This document shows positions 22,338 to 33,516 of a stretch of DNA of 64,000 nt, piece by piece; within the stretch, counting starts at the first letter, position 1, and every line of letters starts with the position of its first letter. A model generated the notes under the pieces. The model did not search any database and had not been told where the DNA came from. It saw nothing but the letters and a program-made list of their open reading frames with translations. Origin of the DNA: Blepharisma stoltei ATCC 30299 (taxonomy: Eukaryota; Protista; Ciliophora). A program made the position numbers and the translations under genes. The stretch covers positions 62,001-126,000 of the forward strand of contig CBFDEM010000041.1 of NCBI GenBank assembly GCA_965603825.1, in the 5' to 3' direction.

Positions 22338-23291
22338 TTATGATCCCCAAATAAGCATAGCCTATGTAGCATTTACTTGGAAAAGCGTTTGGTTTGACTT
22401 AAAAATCATGCCATTATAGATTTCAAAGTCTTCATTTAAATACAATCAAGTCCCATTGGTGCTAGATTTTTGGCTTCCTACGTCTCCATCCATTAAAGTC
22501 CACCCTGACACAGGATTATAAAAAACTGAGCACTGGATTTTTGAAAGCAAAGGGTCTTCGATTTTTATGTTACAATTTAAGCTTCTTCCTACCAAAATAT
22601 GTGAATTCACATGCTGGGCTGCGTGGAAAGATCATACTTCTCCTCCAGCAGATCCTGTGTACATTTTTAAACTCAGCTTAGGCGGACTGCATTCAGGGGT
22701 GGAGACTAAATTGACGACTAAGAAGCTTTCGCCTAAGTTAATCAGCATGTTGTCTTTTAAAATCTATATAAAAAATACCAAAGCGTAGTCTAGCCTTACA
22801 AAGGCTCCGAAGCCTTTGGATAAGTCTCGAATTCAATAGGAATCTTTGTCTATTCTATAATAAATCACAAAATGCCTTCCTCGATGGTTTTCTTTTGTTT
22901 CTTGGTCTTTTAAAGGTATCACAAAATCATTCACAATTGCTCCATTCAGCTTTCTTTTTGAGCCAAAATATGTGTATCCGTCATTTGAGTTTCTTTTTGA
23001 TCCTATCAAGCCAGTCGCTCTAATGTTTAACAGTGTTCCTTTTTCAATGTTTCCAGAATTTATTACTTTTAAGCGAAGCGATTTTGAGCTTGATAACGAC
23101 TGCAGTAGCATTATGTGCTGATCTATATTAGGTATCCTGAACTCTGCTTGACTTTGGATTGATGATGGAATAAAGCTTGATCTTAATTCGGAAGGCTCTC
23201 TTAGTGTCTTATTTTTTGGGGATGCTAATGAAAATTCGCTAACTTTGGAAGCTGCAATTGCGTCACAGCAGCTGAATGCTCCACTTCCCAT
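22338..23291 (-). CDS. FHA-domain protein (two FHA-like modules); introns 22764..22778 and probably 22362..22376
   Basis: GRHFVI..YW(TGA)IRDLSKGFGAF; VGRSLNCNIKIEDPLLSKIQC..STNGTW(TGA)LY. Confidence 0.85.
22362..22376 (-). other. Probable 15-nt intron GTAAATGCTACATAG near the C-terminus
   Basis: Consensus match; splicing only changes the last few residues. Confidence 0.55.
22764..22778 (-). other. 15-nt intron GTATTTTTTATATAG
   Basis: Its terminal TAG is an in-frame stop before the second FHA module. Confidence 0.85.
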
Positions 23292-23484
23292 TTTTAAATT
23301 TATGTAGTAATAATTAACTGAAGTGTAATATATTAACTATTTTCTTAGATTTTTAGTAGAAATATTTGTAATGAATGGTGACTGTTGCAGTTTTATTTTG
23401 GCTAATCAGCACTGTGACAGCTAATCAAAAATGCCTAATCTCTCTCCCTTCTTGAGTGAGAAAAATATGTATGAAAATTTCTCA

Positions 23485-23650
23485 TAGAGCACTATTATAT
23501 TTACTATACTCAGCAATTCTTGGCTTTGAAGAGATGATGGGATAAGCTTGATCTTAATTTAGCGAACTCTATTAATATTTCGTTTTTGGAATGCTAATGA
23601 AAATTCGCTGATTATGAGGGTTCCAATTGCATTAAAAGCAGCTAAATGAT
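23485..23650 (-). pseudogene. Degenerate direct duplicate of the 5' end of the FHA gene (cf. 23105-23280)
   Basis: Colinear shared blocks GATGATGG, AAGCTTGATCTTAATT, ATGCTAATGAAAATTCGCT, CAATTGC, AGCAGCT; indels and no start. Confidence 0.8.
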
Positions 23651-23721
23651 AATTGTTCGTTTTATTATTCTATTAATTAAAGTTCAGTTATTAATTAATT
23701 CTTGTTAATTTTGAGTATCCA

Positions 23722-25307
23722 ATGGAAATTGGTGGACTATTTACAATATTCCTAATTATTGCTTTGGTAATTATTTGTGGACTTGCAACATACTATGATG
23801 CTATATATGAATCACAAACTGAAAGGATAAAAACCAAATTTATACTGACTGAAAATACTAAAAATATAACTTTTTCCTCATCTCAAAACACCAAGAGCTC
23901 TTCTTTATCAAATTCTTTAGAAATATTAAGATGCTTCTCTATTACTTCAAACTTATCAAAATTAGTTGAAATAAGAACAACTAAAAAAGGTGATAATAGC
24001 AACGTATTAAACTCCTTGAGAGTCTTATCAATTTCGTGAATTATTTCTTCTCACGTTTTTGGGTTCTATAGCCTTAGAATTGTCACAAATATGATTGAAC
24101 TTCCTGAAATAGCAGGGAAATTATGGGTCGCTTTTATATATGGAGGCTTTTTTGCAGTGGATTTTTTTTTCTTTTTCAGTGGCTTTTTATTAGGATATTT
24201 ATTACTTAATGATATAGAGAAGAAAAGAGGCGAATTAGGAGTTATGGATTGGACAATAAGAAATGTCCATAGATTTTTTAGGCTATTACCATTGTATGCT
24301 TTCTTAATGCTATTTTTTAATACAGTTTGGCCATCTATGGGCAGCGGGCCTATCTGAAGTTATATAAAAGAATACAATATAAAGCAATGCGAAGACTATT
24401 GATGGACAAATCTTTTATTTTTAATAATTTTATACCTAATGGAAACGGAAATCCATGTTTTGCAGTTGGGTGATACTTGGCAAATGATATGCAATTCTTT
24501 TTAGTAGGTCAATTATATATCTTTCTTTACTATAAGATTGCGAAGTGGCTGGCTTGGGTACTTAATATGATTATTATAATTGGAGGGGTCGCTATTGGTA
24601 TCACTATCGCAGCAGAATATAATTTCAAGGCAAATATACTTGACCCGAATATGGATTTTCGTACATGGGATAGCGTTTATTATAAAAAGCCTTGAACTCG
24701 ATTTCTTCCATATTTTATAGGGGTCTTAATAGGATTTGTGTATTTGAGATATACAAAACTATATGTGAACAAAGAAGAAGATACACATAATGACCCAGCT
24801 TGTACATTAATAATAAAAAATATCAGAAACACAAAATTTGGAGCTATAATTAGCTTCTGTGTAGGTCTTGCGATTATTTTATTTTTAATTTTGATACAAA
24901 GGCAGTTATATAGAGATTTGACAAATAGTAATGTATGAACATCAGGAGAAAATGCTGTGTTTATCGGAACTTGTAGACTAGGGTTTGCGATTGGTTTAGC
25001 AATGATTCTGCTGCCTTTGCTTTTAGGGAGGTTGAGGTTTATATATAAAATTCTGACCTTCAGATTTTGGGGGTATTTAGCAAAGATTTCATATGCAGTT
25101 TACTTGTGCCATATGTCAGTTATTGTTGGGTTTTTTGGAAATACCGAAGGATCGACTATAATTAGTGAAATGCTATTTGTAAAGTATTTAATTATATTAA
25201 GCTTGGCATCTTGGCCTGCCGCTTTGATTTTATGGCTAATTGTTGAAGAGCCATCATCTCTTTTAGAAAGACTATTGATGAGCAAATTAATCAAAAAAAT
25301 TAAATAA
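23722..25307 (+). CDS. Acyltransferase-3 family (NRF-6-like) membrane O-acyltransferase with a 1-nt frameshift near 24420 (pseudogene or assembly error)
   Basis: LNSLRVLSISW..H, FFAVDFFFFFSGFL, HRFFRLLP, YWWTNLLF/NNF, GWYLANDMQFF, KPWTRFLPY, LAKISYAVYLCH, IVEEP. Confidence 0.8.
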
Positions 25308-25370
25308 ATTTTGATTTTATGCAAGAAAATTAAATAAATTTTTTATTTTATGCAAGAAACTTAAAAATTT
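25296..25370 (+). repeat. About 30-bp tandem duplication (AAAATTAAATAAATTTT-g/tt-ATTTTATGCAAG x2 plus a partial copy)
   Basis: Direct inspection; overlaps the acyltransferase stop codon. Confidence 0.7.
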
Positions 25371-25393
25371 AATTGTAAAAAGATCATGATAAA

Positions 25394-26281
25394 ATGAAAT
25401 CTAATAGAAAAATCAAAAGCTCAGGCTTCAGCTTGCCATTCCACCCCTACCAAATAGCAAGCTGAGTGATAACTCTTGTCACTATTTTTGTATTTTATGC
25501 CTTAATAATTCCATTTCAAGACTCAAATGCTCAGATTTCCATGTCGATCATATATGGAAGTCTACAAGTTTTGACTATTATTTTAGGGTATATATTAACC
25601 GCGTCAAACCCAACTGATCCAATGGTATTAGAATACCTCTCCGTCAAGAAAAAAAAGTAATAGCCAAATAGAGAAAAATTCACAAAATCTTATACAAATT
25701 ACTGTTCACTTTGCAGCTCACCAGTGACTGCCGATAGCAAACACTGTATGAGGTGCAATAGGTGTACAGATAAATTTGATCATCATTGTAAATGAGTCAA
25801 CAATTGTATTGGGCGCAAAAATTATCATATTTTTTTGCTTTTAATCTTTGTAGTCGAGATTAACCAGCTGTTCTTTATTATATGCTGCGCTTATGAAATC
25901 CATTTAGGAATTGATAACTCTGATGATTTTGAAAATAAATGTGAAGATGCATATGGAAAAAATGCGAAAATTGTGATTTTAGTTATTATCTGATTTATGA
26001 TTATTTCAAGTTTTTTGATTTTTATGGCTAATGCCTACTTGATAGGTTTCCATGTTTATATTATTTGAAATGATCTCACAACTTATGAGCTAATAATGAA
26101 GAGACGAGAAGCAAAAGGCTTAGTTGATAAAGAAGACGCGTCAGAAGAGGTAGTTGGAGAAAATTCTGACCAAAATGAGCACGATTCTTCTATAATCCAA
26201 ATCATTCAGTCCGCTAAAGTGTCTGATTGCTCGATTGGTAGCGATAAAAATTCTCCATATAGAGAAAGAACCGAAGCTTAG
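25394..26281 (+). CDS. DHHC protein S-palmitoyltransferase (ZDHHC1/11-like); intron 25657..25671
   Basis: [43 protein letters not shown](TGA 25793-25795)[10 protein letters not shown], TTYE. Confidence 0.92.
25657..25671 (+). other. 15-nt intron GTAATAGCCAAATAG
   Basis: Removes in-frame TAA and TAG upstream of the DHHC domain. Confidence 0.9.
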
Positions 26282-26465
26282 AGGATTTCAAGCATTTTTA
26301 ATATAAATAAAGAATAATGCGTTCTAAGAGAAAAATATTTTTTAAGTAAATAAAAATACCCAAGAAAATGAAAATTCATAAATTTCTCTCTAGCAGTTGA
26401 AATCAATGAGCTAAAATACATTTTTTGTATAATGCTAATATAAATAGAAATTCTAAAAAGAAGAT

Positions 26466-26786
26466 ATGAATGCGTTTTCACCTCCAGTAATTGTAGTCTC
26501 TAATGGAATTGACAAAAACTCAAACGAAAAATTCAAGCTCCCAATTCCAAATCGCTTAAATAGCAATTCCAGTTTCGAAATCAGTCCTTTAAATATACAT
26601 GATAATGATAACTCGCGAACAAATGATATTGACGTTGATTCACTTAACAGAACTAATTCTACCACATATATGTATTTAATCGGAAGGCTCTGCAGATGCC
26701 TTGTAAGCATAAATGAAAGAAACAAAGTTGCTCCCAAAGGTAGGTCAAAGTACGAGATCAGTAGTTGTAATTTATCTGGAGTTTAA
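26466..26786 (+). CDS. Low-complexity 106-aa ORF; either a separate gene or a detached tail of the DHHC gene
   Basis: Open frame with Asn/Ser-rich composition; no recognisable motif. Confidence 0.35.
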   Translation: MNAFSPPVIVVSNGIDKNSNEKFKLPIPNRLNSNSSFEISPLNIHDNDNSRTNDIDVDSLNRTNSTTYMYLIGRLCRCLVSINERNKVAPKGRSKYEISSCNLSGV

Positions 26787-27125
26787 AATTAATTGTAAAT
26801 AGTTTTAGTTAATTGCTGGAATTCTGGGTTATTGAGTCGTGCTTATATCAATAAAGCAGTTATATTTAGCTAGATTTTTGCTGGATGAGCTGTGGGAATT
26901 GCAGTTAGAAGCTTCAATAAAAAATTATTCAACAATTTGAGGCTTTTAAAGAATAAAGATCTATAATAAACTCATAAAGAAAAATAGAGGTTTAGGTGCT
27001 TATATATAAGCTTTATGATATATATTTAGAATAATAAATATTGACAGATTTAATAAGGTGCTGTTTATCGGCTTCAAAGCTAAATAACTTTAATAGTTAT
27101 CCTCTTAAATAGTCAATTAATATAA

Positions 27126-28608
27126 ATGTCTCAAGATATATCTAAAGAGCAGCATAGATTACTGCATATTTTGCAGTTAAACAATCTTTTGAAAGGAATC
27201 TGTTTAGGTGTTATTGTGCCTGCTCTATGGTACAACATTCTCGCTGTAACCTTAATATTAGTTACAAGCTACAAGCAGCTGATTCCAGCTAGGCGTAGCT
27301 GCATTAGAAAGCTTGCAAATAATCGGGAAACTTATGGTGTTCATGAACCGTCAATGATGCTTTTCCAAGTAAAAATAACATAGGAAAGTTTACATTTCCT
27401 TTTTATTTGTAGCTTTACTAGCAAGCTGCCTTTATTGTGTAGGATTTCATCTTGGGAATTTTTATGGGTTATGTGCTTTTTCTGCGTCCTTAGCATTACA
27501 TGGGATATGGATAGGTAAGAAATATATAGGCTGTGTCTCAAAAATCGAAATTATCTGCGTAAATTCTTATTATGTTAAAACCAAAAGAGAGCAAGCTACG
27601 AAATCTATTAAATTATATAAAGGAATTGGGCTTATTTTAGGACCTCTTTTAGGATTTGCAGGGTCTTATTATTCTTTGACAGTTTCTGGCTATTTAATCG
27701 ATGTTGGGACAATCCCAGGGTATATTCAAATAATTTGTGTCCTTATCATGATTATTGCGATGCTTTTCTTTTATCCATCAATTCGCTTAGAAAATCTGAA
27801 TTCCAAAGATAAAGGCACAGACCACGCCGAAACTTTCAGACACGAAACAATCACCAGCTATAGCAATTCTGAAAAAATCGTAAACCAGGTCGGAAACTGG
27901 CATTTAGCAATATTCACAGTAATGCTTCTTGGGTTTATTTTCTATCTCTCAAAATCCCTTAAAAAAGTTGCCCTCCCGATCCTATTGCTTGCAACACCTC
28001 ACGAATTTAAATGTGTATCTGAGCTTTCTCTATCAGTGGACGGAGTTTACATTGCCTTTGCTATAGAAGGTTTCCTTGACACAATTGGGTCATTTTTATC
28101 ATACAATTTAAACCCAGTTGTTGATAACAGATATCTGGTATTTATTGCTGTTATTTTTATAGGTGTTGGGCAAGCACTGATGATATGGACGTCTATTATC
28201 CCGACTTGGGCTTTTATCGTCTCTATGGTGCTTCAAAGCTTTGCATTGCCATTTGGGCTTGGGAATACAGAATGCTTATTTTATAGTAAAATTGGCTATA
28301 GGCCTGGCTCAGAGTATACAGTGAGCTATATGATGCTTGAACTCTTAGGGAGCTTAATTGGCCCGTTTTGGACAGTTCAAGCTTATGAAATTAAATGTGA
28401 GCTTTGTTTTACGTTTATTTTGATATGGCTGTGCTTTGCATTTTTATTACTTATCGCTTCGTTTACAGCACTGGCGTATGAAAAGAAAAAAGATCTGGTG
28501 AGAGCGTCAATGATGGGACTCAACCAATCACAAAGTGGGCTTTATAATAGGTCACAGGTGATAGAAATGAAGGACGCTGCTAAAGGAAAAGGAATTAAAA
28601 CATTATAA
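27126..28608 (+). CDS. Major facilitator superfamily transporter; introns 27246..27261, 27369..27383, 27515..27529
   Basis: Multiple TM helices, IVPALW, GIGLILGPLLG, LGSLIGPFW. The frame is restored by tiny introns and two TGA=Trp codons. Confidence 0.82.
27246..27261 (+). other. 16-nt intron GTAACCTTAATATTAG
   Basis: Needed for the frame. Confidence 0.8.
27369..27383 (+). other. 15-nt intron GTAAAAATAACATAG
   Basis: Contains in-frame TAA codons. Confidence 0.82.
27515..27529 (+). other. Probable 15-nt frame-preserving intron GTAAGAAATATATAG
   Basis: Consensus match; if retained it would place KKY in a hydrophobic helix. Confidence 0.6.
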
Positions 28609-28719
28609 AGTAGCTGAAAAGCCTATTTATTTTAAGAAATTAAATAAATATAGATTTCTAATGGAATATAATTTATTTTAGTATAATTTAGCTTTAAAAT
28701 AACTCTAATTATTCTGAAA

Positions 28720-29331
28720 ATGAACCAATATACTTTTAACAATTCAATAGCAAAAAGGGATTGGGAACTCAGAAAAACTCAACACCAAAGCACGATAAGG
28801 AAAATAATGAATACGTCGATAAAAAAAATCTCAGTTGTAAATGATTATCCGTATATTTCGCCACCACTTAAAAAATATCGAGAAATTATTGATGACAAAT
28901 CCTTTTCTAATAGTGTCTCAACCGAAAGTTTTGAAATACTTAATAGAATGGACGCTGATGTTATCAAAGACGGGCTTCTAAGCCAAAATTCCATTAAAAA
29001 ACTCTCCCCTGTTATAAAAAAAGTCTCATTAAGATCAGGAGTTATCAATAAAGAAAGAAAAAGAATTTCAAGCGAAAATTTGCGTCTTTCCCACCGACTT
29101 TATGATATAAAATCCGGCTATGCCGTCGAAAATTTAGCAAAAAGATACCAAACCGTAAAAAAGTACAGAAAAAACATATCAAACCCTCATGTACTTTTAG
29201 GGAAAAAAACTTTGAAAATGCGAACTATATCAAGCAATAAAGGAAGGATCCACGGGGAAAACGAAAAAGTGCGGCACGAAAGAAGCATTTCTGAATTAAT
29301 TGATATAATGAGAAAAAAGGGATTATCCTAA
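28720..29331 (+). CDS. Basic hypothetical protein with a CFAP97/KIAA1430-like motif
   Basis: 203-aa ORF; ERKRISSENLRLSHRLYDIKS resembles the I..EN..L..RL motif. Confidence 0.55.
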   Translation: MNQYTFNNSIAKRDWELRKTQHQSTIRKIMNTSIKKISVVNDYPYISPPLKKYREIIDDKSFSNSVSTESFEILNRMDADVIKDGLLSQNSIKKLSPVIKKVSLRSGVINKERKRISSENLRLSHRLYDIKSGYAVENLAKRYQTVKKYRKNISNPHVLLGKKTLKMRTISSNKGRIHGENEKVRHERSISELIDIMRKKGLS

Positions 29332-29347
29332 TTGATTTTTACGTTTA

Positions 29348-31696
29348 TTAATCGATTTCATATTTGATTTTAAAAGCTTTGACCAATTTCCAATCATTCA
29401 TAGTCATCTCATCTCTATAATAATCCTTCAATAAATCAATAGACTCTCTTGTAATCCAGCTTGACAGCTCATCAATTTCTTCAAAATCCCTACCTGCCTC
29501 ATAAGCATCTTGCTCAGGGTTTAATCCTTTTAGTTTTATGACAACACTCCCTTGCCCAGGCCTCTGCAGCTCGATATTTTCATCATTAAGCTCAATTGAT
29601 TCGACTTTTCCTATAATTAAATCCTCTTTTTCGTGGATGCATAATGGAGTGCCTACCTTTAGAACACCATCGACGACATCTACCCTTAAAGTAATGGGAT
29701 CTGAATTTTTCACAATTTCAACAATTTTAAGCAGACATGGGAAAACGGCATCTTTCCCTTTCCCTTCTAGTCTTTCTTGTTTTCTTATGTCTTCTACATA
29801 TTTGGTGAACCTATCGAAAAGGTGAAATATAATATTATCAGAAATTATTTTTACCCCACACGAATCTGCATATTCCTGCGCTTCTGGGGTGATTTTTACG
29901 TCAAATGCCATTACTGTTGCATATTGTTTTTCGTTCCCTTTTTCTATTTGGGTTTGAGCTTTCATTATATCTTTTTTGAAAACTGGGCCAATATTGATGC
30001 TGCTGACAGGGATTTTAGACTGTTTTAGGAACTCTAATAAAGCTTCTAATGAGCCTACAGTTGAAGCTTGGACATGGACTCCTTTGTCTTTATTGTTGAT
30101 AGATTTAAAAATTTCTGTGATTTCCTTTTGGACTTCTTCTTGAAGGCGTGGGATTTCTTCTTCATTTTTGGCTATAAAAAGAGGGGAACCTGCCATAGTG
30201 TGGTCTAAACCTTGGGCTGATATTTTTACACCCATAGAAGCTCTTAGTGCTTTATGATGGAGATATTCGCCTTTAACCCTCATTTCTCTAAGCGGCATTG
30301 GTGTCAATAAAGCTCTAACTCTTGTAGAAATCGGTCCATTAAACCCAGATACAATAATATTATCATCTTCTTTTATGACCCCATTCATTAAAATCACATC
30401 AATTGTAGTCCCAAGCCCTTCAATAGTTTTCACTTCCATAACAGTCGCTTCTAATTTTGGCTGATAAATAATGCTACTCCTCAGCTTTGTCTGCGCAATA
30501 TTCAGAATCAGTCCCAACATATCCGGAATCCCTTCTCCTGTAATCGCACTTGTCGGGACTAAGCTGATATATTCCTCAGGATCAGGATTTTCATAATAGA
30601 GTGCAGCATTATAGCCTTTATGGTTGAATTCTAAAATAGTTTCCTTAGCCCTCCTCATAAATTCGCTTTGAACATGGCCGCTTTGTTTATTAAAAGTAGT
30701 CAGAAATGCTTCATCTTTGCTTGGAGACCACTCATAAAGCCTATCAATCTTGTTAAGCGCGACAATAAAAGGAATATTTTTGGTTTTAAAAATTGAAAGA
30801 GACTCGATTGTTTGGTTTTCGAGGCCATGCATTATGTCGACGACGAGGATGCCGATATTGCAAAGAGAAGAGCCTCGGGATCGAAGGTTTGAAAAAGATT
30901 CGTGGCCTGGAGTGTCAATAATGAGTAAGCCTGGGACGTCTATTGATAAGGAGAGATTTGGGAGCTTCTGGGTAAGGGTTTCGATAGCGTCTGCAGGGAA
31001 CATTGTGGCACCGATTTGTTGAGTGATTCCACCAGCTTCGGAGGCTTGGACATTCGTGCGTCGGATTTTGTCGAGAAGTTTGGTTTTGCCTGTGTCAACG
31101 TGTCCTAATATGCAGACAATTGGAGCTTTGTATCTTATTTTAGCTTCTTCAATTTTCTTTTCTTCATTAGTCCCGTCAGAATTTTCACTGATCGCCCTTG
31201 ATTTTTTCCGTTTTGGTAATTTTTCAGATACTAAGTCGTCTTCTACATCTTCCCCTTTATTCTCTTCAATTTTTACTTCTTCTACAGGCTTTGGCTTAAA
31301 CTGCTCTCTTTTCTTTCTATTTCTCCCATCCGGTAATCCCATAGGTGTTACAATGTCACTCGTTTTGACTAATCCCAACTCTAGAAATCTCTTTTTAGCT
31401 TCTTCATCTTTTCTATCGTTTTCTATTTGCTGCGGAGTCCTATAGAGCCCCAGCCTTTTCATTTCCTGTTTTTTTTCTTTTCTTTCCTTTTTGCGTTTCT
31501 CAATTTCTTCTTGTCTATGACGCTCCTCTTCTTGTCTTTTCAATTCTTCTTCAGCTTCTTTTTGTTTTCTTAAAGCTTCTTGCTGTAATTTTTCTTCTTC
31601 TTCGTGCTCTGCTTCTATTCTTGCCTGCATTGCTAGTTTTGCGACATTTGAAGGTTTTTTGCCTTTGCCCTGCTTGGTCTTTTTCTTAGATTCCAT
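29348..31696 (-). CDS. EIF5B: Eukaryotic translation initiation factor 5B
   Basis: PIVCILGHVDTGKTKLLD, EAGGITQQIGA, IDTPGHESFSNLRSRGSSLC, NKID, SAITGEG, VQASTVGSLEALL. Confidence 0.97.
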   Translation of the reverse strand: MESKKKTKQGKGKKPSNVAKLAMQARIEAEHEEEEKLQQEALRKQKEAEEELKRQEEERHRQEEIEKRKKERKEKKQEMKRLGLYRTPQQIENDRKDEEAKKRFLELGLVKTSDIVTPMGLPDGRNRKKREQFKPKPVEEVKIEENKGEDVEDDLVSEKLPKRKKSRAISENSDGTNEEKKIEEAKIRYKAPIVCILGHVDTGKTKLLDKIRRTNVQASEAGGITQQIGATMFPADAIETLTQKLPNLSLSIDVPGLLIIDTPGHESFSNLRSRGSSLCNIGILVVDIMHGLENQTIESLSIFKTKNIPFIVALNKIDRLYEWSPSKDEAFLTTFNKQSGHVQSEFMRRAKETILEFNHKGYNAALYYENPDPEEYISLVPTSAITGEGIPDMLGLILNIAQTKLRSSIIYQPKLEATVMEVKTIEGLGTTIDVILMNGVIKEDDNIIVSGFNGPISTRVRALLTPMPLREMRVKGEYLHHKALRASMGVKISAQGLDHTMAGSPLFIAKNEEEIPRLQEEVQKEITEIFKSINNKDKGVHVQASTVGSLEALLEFLKQSKIPVSSINIGPVFKKDIMKAQTQIEKGNEKQYATVMAFDVKITPEAQEYADSCGVKIISDNIIFHLFDRFTKYVEDIRKQERLEGKGKDAVFPCLLKIVEIVKNSDPITLRVDVVDGVLKVGTPLCIHEKEDLIIGKVESIELNDENIELQRPGQGSVVIKLKGLNPEQDAYEAGRDFEEIDELSSWITRESIDLLKDYYRDEMTMNDWKLVKAFKIKYEID

Positions 31697-32206
31697 TTAT
31701 GAAAGATATGAAAATTATAAACTGAGTTGGCAATTAGATAATAAGAAATGGAATGTAGAATAAGCTCTCTCAGAGAACTTTTCAATGCAATTTTATTATT
31801 TTTTTCCTTGTGGGACGTTATTAAGTTTTACAATTGGTGAAGGCGCGAACATGGACCCTTGGATTTTTAGGATAATTAGGCTGGTCGACTTAACTCTTCT
31901 GAGAAAGGATATTTTAGCCAAGTTAAATATTTTAAGATTATAATATAATCAGTTGCGCTAGATAATATAAATACCATAGATCTCATTCCAAAGCAACTTA
32001 ATTTATGCCTTAATCCATTAAATTCTTGCAATTCATTTCTTCTCCAATGCAGCAAAACTCATAAAAAACAGCCAAATCTTATACATTTCTCATATAATCA
32101 ATATTCCCCCAAATACCTGCCTTAAAAGCCTATTTAATTCAAATTTAAACTGCTAAAAATTAATTATAATTTATGTGGCTAGATATGTATGACATAAATA
32201 TATACA

Positions 32207-33466
32207 ATGATATCAAAAATGCTATTGAGAAACTCCGGCAGCCTTAAATCTTTAACCAGGGGTGGTGAGCCTTTTATTCAAAAAGAATTGGATTATGGCG
32301 CCCACAACTATCATCCCCTTCCAGTCGTTCTTCAGCGCGGCCAAGGAATTTACGTATGGGACATCGCAGGCAAACGGTATATGGATTTCCTGTCTGCGTA
32401 CTCTGCCGTGAACCAAGGCCACTGTCACCCTAAAATAGTCCAAACAATGATAGACCAAGCCCAAGTCCTCACAATAACTTCTAGGGCTTTCTACAACAAC
32501 CTTTTAGGCGACACTGAAGAGCTTCTCTGCAAAACTTTCGGCTACCAAAAAGTCCTTATGATGAATTCAGGCGCTGAAGCTGGCGAGTCTGCTGTTAAAA
32601 TTGCAAGGCGATGGGGTTACCAAGTCAAAGGAATCCCTGACAATCAGGCTAAGGTCATTTTTTGCACTGGAAATTTCTGGGGTCGAACTTTAGCTGCTTG
32701 TGGCTCATCTGATGACCCTGACAGATATAGGAATTTTGGGCCTTTTGGAGGGCTTAATTTTCATTTGGTACCTTATGATAATATTGAATCTTTAGAAGAA
32801 GAACTGAAAAACCCAAATACAGCTGCATTTATGATGGAGCCAATACAAGGGGAAGCAGGTGTTGTGGTGCCAAGCAAAGGGTATTTGACAAAGGTAAGGG
32901 AATTGTGCACAAAATATAATGTACTTATGATCGCTGACGAAATACAGACAGGCATTGGAAGGGCTGGGAAACTTCTTGCAGTCGAATGGGAAGGGATAAA
33001 GCCTGACATTGTGACTTTAGGAAAATCATTATCAGGCGGCCTCATGCCTATAAGTGCTGTGCTTGCTGATGAGTCAGTTTTGCAGGTTTTAGACCCAAAT
33101 TCGCATGGCTCTACTTTTGGTGGGAATCCTTTGGCTTGTAAAATCGCTAAAACTGCCCTTGAAGTTGTCTTTGAAGAAAATTTGATTAATAATTCAAGAG
33201 AACTAGGAGAAGTTTTTAGAGCTGAGTTCAAGAAACTTGAAGGGGGATTTGTAAAAGAAGTCAGAGGAAAAGGGCTTATGAACGCTTTAGAAATTTCTAC
33301 ACCTAGTGGAGCTTGGGAATTGTGTGAGAAAATGGCAGAAAAAGGGCTGCTGGCTAAGCCAACTCATGGGAATATTATTAGGTTTGCACCACCTTTGGTG
33401 ATTAACAGAGAGCAGCTATATGAAGGAATCAGTATTATATATGATTCAATAAAAGAATCACAATAA
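32207..33466 (+). CDS. OAT: Ornithine aminotransferase
   Basis: YGAHNYHPLPV, DFLSAYSAVNQGHCHP, EPIQGEAGV, ADEIQTG, LGKSLSGG, HGSTFGGNP. Confidence 0.97.
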   Translation: MISKMLLRNSGSLKSLTRGGEPFIQKELDYGAHNYHPLPVVLQRGQGIYVWDIAGKRYMDFLSAYSAVNQGHCHPKIVQTMIDQAQVLTITSRAFYNNLLGDTEELLCKTFGYQKVLMMNSGAEAGESAVKIARRWGYQVKGIPDNQAKVIFCTGNFWGRTLAACGSSDDPDRYRNFGPFGGLNFHLVPYDNIESLEEELKNPNTAAFMMEPIQGEAGVVVPSKGYLTKVRELCTKYNVLMIADEIQTGIGRAGKLLAVEWEGIKPDIVTLGKSLSGGLMPISAVLADESVLQVLDPNSHGSTFGGNPLACKIAKTALEVVFEENLINNSRELGEVFRAEFKKLEGGFVKEVRGKGLMNALEISTPSGAWELCEKMAEKGLLAKPTHGNIIRFAPPLVINREQLYEGISIIYDSIKESQ

Positions 33467-33516
33467 TCAAATTCTTAAATAATCAGAAATTATAAAAGAA
33501 ATTAATTATAATAGAA

